Part shown: positions 54,001 to 64,000 of the stretch, piece after piece
How the letters are laid out: each line of letters begins with the position of its first letter
Numbering within the stretch: position 1 is the first letter of the stretch
DNA from: the human T2T-CHM13v2.0 reference genome, Homo sapiens
Strand: one strand, 5' to 3'
Assembly (NCBI RefSeq): GCF_009914755.1
Contig: NC_060944.1
Length of the DNA: 64,000 bases
Translations under genes and position numbers: made by a program
The notes under the pieces: model-generated
What the model saw: only the letters and a program-made list of their open reading frames with translations
Database searches by the model: none
What the model was told of the DNA's origin: nothing

Positions 54001-57000
54001 TTATGAAGTTTGCATTCAACTCACAGAGTTGAACTTTCCGTTCCATACAGCAGTTTTGAAACTCTCTTTTTGTAGAATCTGTAAGTGGAAACTTGGAGCG
54101 CTTCGAGGCCTATGGTGAAAAAGGGAATATCTTCCCCTAAAAAGTAGACAGAAGAATTCTCAGTAACTACTTTGTGATGTGTGTACTCAACTCACGGAGT
54201 TGAACTTTTCTTTTGAAAGAGAAGTTTTGAAACACCCTTTTTGTAGAATCTGCAAATGGGTATGTAGCCTGCTTTGAGGCCTTCATTGGAAACGGGAATA
54301 TCTTCACATAAAACTAGACAGAAGCATTCTCAGAAACTTCGTTGTGATGTGTGCATTCAACTCCCAGAGTTGAACCTCTCTTTTGATAGAGCAGTTCTGA
54401 AACAATCTTTTTGTGGTATCCGGAAGTGGACGTTGGGAGCGATTTGAGGCCTATGGTGAAAAAGGCAATATCTTCACCTAAAAACTAGACAGAAGCATCC
54501 TCAGAAACTGCTTTGTGATATGTGTAGTCAACTCACGGAGTTGAAACTTTGTTTTGATGCAGCAGTTTTGAGACACTCTTTTGTTAGAATCTTCAAGTGG
54601 ATATTTGGATAGCTTTGAGGCTTTCAATGGAAACGGGAATATCTACACATAAGAACTAGACAGAAGCATTCTCAGAAAGTTCTTTATGAAGTTCGCATTC
54701 AACTCACAGAGTTGTACCTTCCTTTTCACACAGCAGTTTTGAGACATTCTTTTTGTAGATTCTGCAAGTGGACATTTGGAGTGATTTGAGACATAGGGTG
54801 AAAAAGGAATATCTTCTCATAAAAAGTAGACAGAAGCATTCTCAGAAACGAGTTTCTGATTTGTGTACTCAACTCACAGAGTTAAACCTTTCCTATGATA
54901 CAGCAGTTTGGAAACACTCTTCTTGTAGAATTTACAAGCGGATATAAGGACAGCAGTGAGGATTTCATCGGAAACGGAATATCTTCACATAAAAGTAGAC
55001 AGAAGCATTCTCAGAAAGTTCTGTGTAATGTGTGCATTCAACTCACAGAGTTGAAACTTTCTTTTGATAGAGCAGATTGGAATCCCTCTTTTTGTAGAAT
55101 TTGCAAGTGGATATCTAGACAGCTTTGAGGCCTTCCCTGGAAACGAGTGTATCTTCACATAAACACTAGACAGAAGCATCCTCAGAAACTTGTTGGTGAT
55201 GCTTGCATTCAACTCACAGAATTGAACATTTCTTTTCCTAGAGCAGTTTTGAAACACTCCTTTTGTAGTATCTGGAAGTGGAGATTTGGAGCACTTTGAG
55301 GCCTAGGGTGAAAAAGGAAATAGCTTCACATAAAAACTAGACAGAAGCATTCTCTGAAACTTCTTTGTGATGTGTGTACTCAACTCACAGAGTTGAACTT
55401 ATCTTCTCATAGATCAGATTTGAAACCCTCTTTTTGTAGAGTCTGCAAGTGCATATTTGGATAGCTTTGAGGATTTCATTGGAATCGGGAATATCTTCCC
55501 ATAAAAACTAGAAAGAAGCATTCTCAGAAATTTCTTTGTGATGCTTGCATTCAACTCACAGAGTTGAACATTCCCTTTCATACAGCAGTTTGGAAACACT
55601 CTTTTTGTAGTGTCTGGAAGTGGACCTTTGGAGCGCTTTGAGGCCTAGGGTGAAAAAGGAAATATCCTCACCTAAAAACTAGACAGAAGCATTCTCAGAA
55701 ACTTCTTTGTGGTGTGTGTAGGCAACTCACAGAGTTGAACCTTTCTTTTGATACAGCAGTTTTGAAACACTCTTTTTGTAGAATCTGCAAGTGGTTATTT
55801 TGATAGCTTTGAGGCTTTCACTGGAAACGGGAATGTCTTCACATAAAAACTAGACAGAAGCATTCTCAGAAACTTCTTTATGAAGTTTGCATTCAACTCA
55901 CAGAGTTGAACTTTCCGTTCCATACAGCAGTTTTGAAACTCTCTTTTTCTAGAATCTGTAAGTGGAAACTTGGAGCGCTTCGAGGCCTATGGTGAAAAAG
56001 GGAATATCTTCCCCTAAAAAGTAGACAGAAGAATTCTCAGTAACTACTTTGTGATGTGTGTACTCAACTCACGGAGTTGAACTTTTCTTTTGAAAGAGAA
56101 GTTTTGAAACACCCTTTTTGTAGAATCTGCAAATGGGTATGTAGCCTGCTTTGAGACCTTCATTGGAAACGGGAATATCTTCACATAAAACTAGACAGAA
56201 GCATTCTCAGAAACTTCGTTGTGATGTGTGCATTCAACTCCCAGAGTTGAACCTCTCTTTTGATAGAGCAGTTCTGAAACAATCTTTTTGTGGTATCCGG
56301 AAGTGGACGTTTGGAGCGATTTGAGGCCTATGGTGAAAAAGGCAATATCTTCACCTAAAAACTAGACAGAAGCATCCTCAGAAACTGCTTTGTGATATGT
56401 GTAGTCAACTCACGGAGTTGAAACTTGGTTTTGATGCAGCAGTTTTGAGACACTCTTTTGTTAGAATCTTCAAGTGGATATTTGGATAGCTTTGAGGCTT
56501 TCATTGGAAACGGGAATATCTACAGATAAGAACTAGACAGAAGCATTCTCAGAAAGTTCTTTATGAAGTTCGCATTCAACTCACAGAGTTGTACCTTCCT
56601 TTTCACACAGCAGTTTCGAGACATTCTTTTTGTAGATTCTGCAAGTGGACATTTGGAGTGATTTGAGACATAGGGTGAAAAAGGAATATCTTCTCATAAA
56701 AAGTAGACAGAAGCATTCTCAGAAACGAGTTTCTGATTTGTGTACTCAACTCACAGAGTTAAACCTTTCCTATGATACTGCAGTTTGGAAACACTCTTGT
56801 TGTAGAATTTACAAGCGGATATAAGGACAGCAGTGAGGATTTCATCGGAAACGGAATATATTCACATAAAAGTAGACAGAAGCATTCTCAGAAAGTTCTG
56901 TGTAATGTGAGCATTCAACTCACAGAGTTGAAACTTTCTTTTGATAGAGCAGATTGGAATCCCTCTTTTTGTAGAATTTGCAAGTGGATATCTAGACAGC

Positions 57001-60000
57001 TTTGAGGCCTTCCCTGGAAACGAGTGTATCTTCACATAAACACTAGACAGAAGCATCCTCAGAAACTTGTTGGTGATGCTTGCATTCAACTCACAGAATT
57101 GAACATTTCTTTTCCTAGAGCAGTTTAGAAACACTCTTTTTGTAGTATCTAGAAGTGGACATTTGGAGCACTTTGAGGCCTAGTGTGAAAAAGGAAATAT
57201 CTTCACATAAAAACTAGACAGAAGCATTCTCTGAAACTTCTTTGTGATGTGTGTACTCAACTCACAGAGTTGAACTTATCTTCTCATAGATCAGATTTGA
57301 AACCCTCTTTTTGAAGAGTCTGCAAGTGCATATTTGGATAGCTTTGAGGATTTCATTGGAATCGGGAATATCTTCCCATAAAAACTAGAAAGAAGCATTC
57401 TCAGAAATTTCTTTGTGATGCTTGCATTCAACTCACAGAGTTGAACATTCCCTTTCATACAGCAGTTTGGAAACACTCTTTTTGTAGTGTCTGGAAGTGG
57501 ACCTTTGGAGCGCTTTGAGGCCTAGGGTGAAAAAGGAAATATCCTCACCTAAAAACTAGACAGAAGCATTCTCAGAAACTTCTTTGTGATGTGTGTAGTC
57601 AACTCACAGAGTTGAACCTTTCTTTTGATACAGCAGTTTTGAAACACTCTTTTTGTAGAATCTGCAAGTGGTTATTTTGATAGCTTTGAGGCTTTCACTG
57701 GAAACGGGAATGTCTTCACATAAAAACTAGACAGCAGCATTCTCAGAAACTTCTTTATGAAGTTTGCATTCCACTCACAGAGTTGAACTTTCCGTTCCAT
57801 ACAGCAGTTTTGAAACTCTCTTTTTCTAGAATCTGTAAGTGGAAACTTGGAGCGCTTCGAGGCCTATGGTGAAAAAGGGAATATCTTCCCATAAAAAGTA
57901 GACAGAAGAATTCTCAGTAACTACTTTGTGATGTGTGTACTCAACTCACGGAGTTGAACTTTTCTTTTGAAAGAGAAGTTTTGAAACACCCTTTTTGTAG
58001 AATCTGCAAATGGGTATGTAGCCTGCTTTGAGGCCTTCATTGGAAACGGGAATATCTTCACATAAAACTAGACAGAAGCATTCTCAGAAACTTCGTTGTG
58101 ATGTGTGCATTCAACTCCCAGAGTTGAACCTCTCTTTTGATAGAGCAGTTCTGAAACAATCTTTTTGTGGTATCCGGAAGTGGACGTTGGGAGCGATTTG
58201 AGGCCTATGGTGAAAAAGGCAATATCTTCACCTAAAAACTAGACAGAAGCATCCTCAGAAACTGCTTTGTGATATGTGTAGTCAACTCACGGAGTTGAAA
58301 CTTGGTTTTGATGCAGCAGTTTTGAGACACTCTTTTGTTAGAATCTTCAAGTGGATATTTGGATAGCTTTGAGGCTTTCATTGGAAACGGGAATATCTAC
58401 AGATAAGAACTAGACAGAAGCATTCTCAGAAAGTTCTTTATGAAGTTCGCATTCAACTCACAGAGTTGTACCTTCCTTTTCACACAGCAGTTTCGAGACA
58501 TTCTTTTTGTAGATTCTGCAAGTGGACATTTGGAGTGATTTGAGACATAGGGTGAAAAAGGAATATCTTCTCATAAAAAGTAGACAGAAGCATTCTCAGA
58601 AACGAGTTTCTGATTTGTGTACTCAACTCACAGAGTTAAACCTTTCCTATGATACAGCAGTTTGGAAACACTCTTCTTGTAGAATTTACAAGCGGATATA
58701 AGGACAGCAGTGAGGATTTCATCGGAAACGGAATATCTTCACATAAAAGTAGACAGAAGCATTCTCAGAAAGTTCTGTGTAATGTGTGCATTCAACTCAC
58801 AGAGTTGAAACTTTCTTTTGATAGAGCAGATTGGAATCCCTCTTTTTGTAGAATTTGCAAGTGGATATCTAGACAGCTTTGAGGCCTTCCCTGGAAACGA
58901 GTGTATCTTCACATAAACACTAGACAGAAGCATCCTCAGAAACTTGTTGGTGATGCTTGCATTCAACTCACAGAATTGAACATTTCTTTCCCTAGAGCAG
59001 TTTTGAAACACTCTTTTTGTAGTATCTGGAAGTGGACATTTGGAGCACTTTGAGGCCTAGGGTGAAAAAGGAAATAGCTTCACATAAAAACTAGACAGAA
59101 GCATTCTCTGAAACTTCTTTGTGATGTGTGTGCTCAACTCACAGAGTTGAACTTACCTTCTCATAGATCAGATTTGAAACCCTCTTTTTGTAGAGTCTGC
59201 AAGTGCATATTTGGATAGCTTTGAGGATTTCATTGGAATCGGGAATATCTTCCCATAAAAACTAGAAAGAAGCATTCTCAGAAATTTCTTTGTGATGCTT
59301 GCATTCAACTCACAGAGTTGAACATTCCCTTTCATACAGCAGTTTGGAAACACTCTTTTTGTAGTATCTGGAAGTGGACCTTTGGAGCGCTTTGAGGTCT
59401 CGGGTGAAAAAGGAAATATCCTCACCTAAAAACTAGACAGAAGCATTCTCAGAAACTTCTTTGTGATGTGTGTAGTCAACTCACAGAGTTGAACCTTTCT
59501 TTTCATACAGCAGTTTTGAAACACTCTTTTTGTAGAATCTGCAAGTGGTTATTTTGATAGCTTTGAGGCTTTCACTGGAAACGGGAATGTCTTCACATAA
59601 AAACTAGACAGAAGCATTCTCAGAAACTTCTTTATGAAGTTTGCATTCAACTCACAGAGTTGAACTTTCCGTTCCATACAGCAGTTTTGAAACTCTCTTT
59701 TTCTAGAATCTGTAAGTGGAAACTTGGAGCGCTTCGAGGCCTATGGTGAAAAAGGGAATATCTTCCCATAAAAAGTAGACAGAAGAATTCTCAGTAACTA
59801 CTTTGTGATGTGTGTACTCAACTCACGGAGTTGAACTTTTCTTTTGAAAGAGAAGTTTTGAAACACCCTTTTTGTAGAATCTGCAAATGGGTATGTAGCC
59901 TGCTTTGAGGCCTTCATTGGAAACGGGAATATCTTCACATAAAACTAGACAGAAGCATTCTCAGAAACTTCGTTGTGATGTGTGCATTCAACTCCCAGAG

Positions 60001-63000
60001 TTGAACCTCTCTTTTGATAGAGCAGTTCTGAAACAATCTTTTTGTGGTATCCGGAAGTGGACGTTTGGAGCGATTCGAGGCCTATGGTGAAAAAGGCAAT
60101 ATCTTCACCTAAAAACTAGACAGAAGCATCCTCAGAAACTGCTTTGTGATATGTGTAGTCAACTCACGGAGTTGAAACTTTGTTTTGATGCAGCAGTTTT
60201 GAGACACTCTTTTGTTAGAATCTTCAAGTGGATATTTGGATAGCTTTGAGGCTTTCATTGGAAACGGGAATATCTACACATAAGAACTAGACAGAAGCAT
60301 TCTCAGAAAGTTCTTTATGAAGTTCGCATTCAACTCACAGAGTTGTACCTTCCTTTTCACACAGCAGTTTTGAGACATTCTTTTTGTAGATTCTGCAAGT
60401 GGACATTTGGAGTGATTTGAGACATAGGGTGAAAAAGGAATATCTTCCCATAAAAAGTAGACAGAAGCATTCTCAGAAACGAGTTTCTGATTTGTGTACT
60501 CAACTCACAGAGTTAAACCTTTCCTATGATACAGCAGTTTGGAAACACTCTTCTTGTAGAATTGAGAAGCGGATATAAGGACAGCAGTGAGGATTTCATC
60601 GGAAACGGAATATCTTCACATAAAAGTAGACAGAAGCATTCTCAGAAAGTTTTGTGTAATGTGTGCATTCAACTCACAGAGTTGAAACTTTCTTTTGATA
60701 GAGCAGATTGGAATCCCTCTTTTCGTAGAATTTGCAAGTGGATATCTAGACAGCTTTGAGGCCTTCCCTGGAAACGAGTGTATCTTCACATAAACACTAG
60801 ACAGAAGCATCCTCAGAAACTTGTTGGTGATGCTTGCATTCAACTCACAGAATTGAACATTTCTTTTCCTAGAGCAGTTTTGAAACACTCTTTTTGTAGT
60901 ATCTGGAAGTGGACATTTGGAGCACTTTGAGGCCTAGGGTGAAAAAGGAAATAGCTTCACATAAAAACTAGACAGAAGCATTCTCTGAAACTTCTTTGTG
61001 ATGTGTGTACTCAACTCACAGAGTTGAACTTATCTTCTCATAGATCAGATTTGAAACCCTCTTTTTGTAGAGTCTGCAAGTGCATATTTGGATAGCTTTG
61101 AGGATTTCATTGGAATCGGGAATATCTTCCCATAAAAACTAGAAAGAAGCATTCTCAGAAACTTCTTTGTGATGCTTGCTTTCAACACACAGAGTTGAAC
61201 ATTCCCTTTCATACAGCAGTTTGGAAACACTCTTTTTGTAGTGTCTGGAAGTGGACCTTTGGAGCGCTTTGAGGCCTAGGGTGAAAAAGGAAATATCCTC
61301 ACCTAAAAACTAGACAGAAGCATTCTCAGAAACTTCTTTGTGATGTGTGTAGTCAACTCACAGAGTTGAACCTTTCTTTTGATACAGCAGTTTTGAAACA
61401 CTCTTTTTGTAGAATCTGCAAGTGGTTATTTTGATAGCTTTGAGGCTTTCACTGGAAACGGGAATGTCTTCACATAAAAACTAGACAGAAGCATTCTCAG
61501 AAACTTCTTTATGAAGTTTGCATTCAACTCACAGAGTTGAACTTTCCGTTCCATACAGCAGTTTTGAAACTCTCTTTTTCTAGAATCTGTAAGTGGAAAC
61601 TTGGAGCGCTTCGAGGCCTATGGTGAAAAAGGGAATATCTTCCCCTAAAAAGTAGACAGAAGAATTCTCAGTAACTACTTTGTGATGTGTGTACTCAACT
61701 CACGGAGTTGAACTTTTCTTTTGAAAGAGAAGTTTTGAAACACCCTTTTTGTAGAATCTGCAAATGGGTATGTAGCCTGCTTTGAGGCCTTCATTGGAAA
61801 CGGGAATATCTTCACATAAAACTAGACAGAAGCATTCTCAGAAACTTCGTTGTGATGTGTGCATTCAACTCCCAGAGTTGAACCTCTCTTTTGATAGAGC
61901 AGTTCTGAAACAATCTTTTTGTGGTATCCGGAAGTGGACGTTTGGAGCGATTTGAGGCCTATGGTGAAAAAGGCAATATCTTCACCTAAAAACTAGACAG
62001 AAGCATCCTCAGAAACTGCTTTGTGATATGTGTAGTCAACTCACGGAGTTGAAACTTGGTTTTGATGCAGCAGTTTTGAGACACTCTTTTGTTAGAATCT
62101 TCAAGTGGATATTTGGATAGCTTTGAGGCTTTCAGTGGAAACGGGAATATCTACAGATAAGAACTAGACAGAAGCATTCTCAGAAAGTTCTTTATGAAGT
62201 TCGCATTCAACTCACAGAGTTGTACCTTCCTTTTCACACAGCAGTTTCGAGACATTCTTTTTGTAGATTCTGCAAGTGGACATTTGGAGTGATTTGAGAC
62301 ATAGGGTGAAAAAGGAATATCTTCCCATAAAAAGTAGACAGAAGCATTCTCAGAAACGAGTTTCTGATTTGTGTACTCAACTCACAGAGTTAAACCTTTC
62401 CTATGATACAGCAGTTTGGAAACACTCTTCTTGTAGAATTTACAAGCGGATATAAGGACAGCAGTGAGGATTTCATCGGAAACGGAATATCTTCACATAA
62501 AAGTAGACAGAAGCATTCTCAGAAAGTTCTGTGTAATGTGTGCATTCAACTCACAGAGTTGAAACTTTCTTTTGATAGAGCAGATTGGAATCCCTCTTTT
62601 TGCAGAATTTGCAAGTGGATATCTAGACAGCTTTGAGGCCTTCCCTGGAAACGAGTGTATCTTCACATAAACACTAGACAGAAGCATCCTCAGAAACTTG
62701 TTGGTGATGCTTGCATTCAACTCACAGAATTGAACATTTCTTTTCCTAGAGCAGTTTTGAAACACTCTTTTTGTAGTATCTGGAAGTGGACATTTGGAGC
62801 ACTTTGAGGCCTAGGGTGAAAAAGGAAATAGCTTCACATAAAAACTAGACAGAAGCATTCTCTGAAACTTCTTTGTGATGTGTGTACTCAACTCACAGAG
62901 TTGAACTTATCTTCTCATAGATCAGATTTGAAACCCTCTTTTTGTAGAGTCTGCAAGTGCATATTTGGATAGCTTTGAGGATTTCATTGGAATCGGGAAT

Positions 63001-64000
63001 ATCTTCCCATAAAAACTAGAAAGAAGCATTCTCAGAAATTTCTTTGTGATGCTTGCATTCAACTCACAGAGTTGAACATTCCCTTTCATACAGCAGTTTG
63101 GAAACACTCTTTTTGTAGTATCTGGAAGTGGACCTTTGGAGCGCTTTGAGGTCTCGGGTGAAAAAGGAAATATCCTCACCTAAAAACTAGACAGAAGCAT
63201 TCTCAGAAACTTCTTTGTGATGTGTGTAGTCAACTCACAGAGTTGAACCTTTCTTTTCATACAGCAGTTTTGAAACACTCTTTTTGTAGAATCTGCAAGT
63301 GGTTATTTTGATAGCTTTGAGGCTTTCATTGGAAACGGGAATGTCTTCACATAAAAACTAGACAGAAGCATTCTCAGAAACTTCTTTATGAAGTTTGCAT
63401 TCAACTCACAGAGTTGAACTTTCCGTTCCATACAGCAGTTTTGAAACTCTCTTTTTCTAGAATCTGTAAGTGGAAACTTGGAGCGCTTCGAGGCCTATGG
63501 TGAAAAAGGGAATATCTTCCCATAAAAAGTAGACAGAAGAATTCTCAGTAACTACTTTGTGATGTGTGTACTCAACTCACGGAGTTGAACTTTTCTTTTG
63601 AAAGAGAAGTTTTGAAACACCCTTTTTGTAGAATCTGCAAATGGGTATGTAGCCTGCTTTGAGGCCTTCATTGGAAACGGGAATATCTTCACATAAAACT
63701 AGACAGAAGCATTCTCAGAAACTTCGTTGTGATGTGTGCATTCAACTCCCAGAGTTGAACCTCTCTTTTGATAGAGCAGTTCTGAAACAATCTTTTTGTG
63801 GTATCCGGAAGTGGACGTTTGGAGCGATTCGAGGCCTATGGTGAAAAAGGCAATATCTTCACCTAAAAACTAGACAGAAGCATCCTCAGAAACTGCTTTG
63901 TGATATGTGTAGTCAACTCACGGAGTTGAAACTTTGTTTTGATGCAGCAGTTTTGAGACACTCTTTTGTTAGAATCTTCAAGTGGATATTTGGATAGCTT

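Larger units (their letters stand above)
21735..64000 (+). repeat. Alpha-satellite HOR array 2: 11-mer (~1,877 bp) lacking canonical CENP-B boxes; likely an inactive flanking HOR (possibly S02C20H3)
   Basis: The minus-strand marker ORF recurs at 24193, 26071, 27947, 29823 ... 62922 with 1876-1878 spacing (one 1193 exception). There are 11 distinguishable monomers in the order ABABABABBAB, and one gaattc per typical unit. The name is from recall only (~0.55). Confidence 0.98.

Noticed and set aside
60-63844. About 130 short ORFs (61-117 aa) on both strands
   Set aside because: They recur with HOR periodicity, many rely on TTG/GTG starts, they are made or broken by single SNVs or indels, and they resemble no real protein family. 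They are chance alphoid reading frames.
1-64000. CRISPR-like regularly spaced conserved motif (agacagaagcattctcagaaa)
   Set aside because: The intervening sequences are homologous to each other and repeat in fixed order. There are no unique spacers or cas genes; this is the 171-bp alphoid monomer.
21735-64000. Array 2 as an active 11-mer such as D13Z1/D21Z1, D1Z7 or D15Z3
   Set aside because: Those arrays carry regular intact CENP-B boxes; this one shows none.

Overview
The whole 64 kb window is primate (human-type) centromeric alpha-satellite DNA made of ~171-bp monomers, all in one orientation. I saw no genes, transposons or unique sequence. It spans a sharp boundary (~21,730-21,749) between two higher-order repeat (HOR) arrays. 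Array 1 (1-~21,749) is a dimeric A/B, CENP-B-box-rich 16-mer HOR (2,718-2,719 bp). It alternates with a 20-mer variant (3,402 bp) to form three ~6.12-kb 36-mer super-repeats. Array 2 (~21,735-64,000) is an 11-mer HOR (1,876-1,878 bp; 21 full copies, one 4-mer, one 7-mer and a partial copy) in which every B-type monomer carries a broken CENP-B box. From recall, not a database search, this fits the edge of the human chr20 active array D20Z2 (S2C20H1L) abutting an inactive 11-mer array (probably S02C20H3). All listed ORFs are repeat artefacts. I found no new gene system. The interesting signal is structural: nested periodicities, hybrid-monomer deletion variants, haplotype mosaics and systematic CENP-B box loss.
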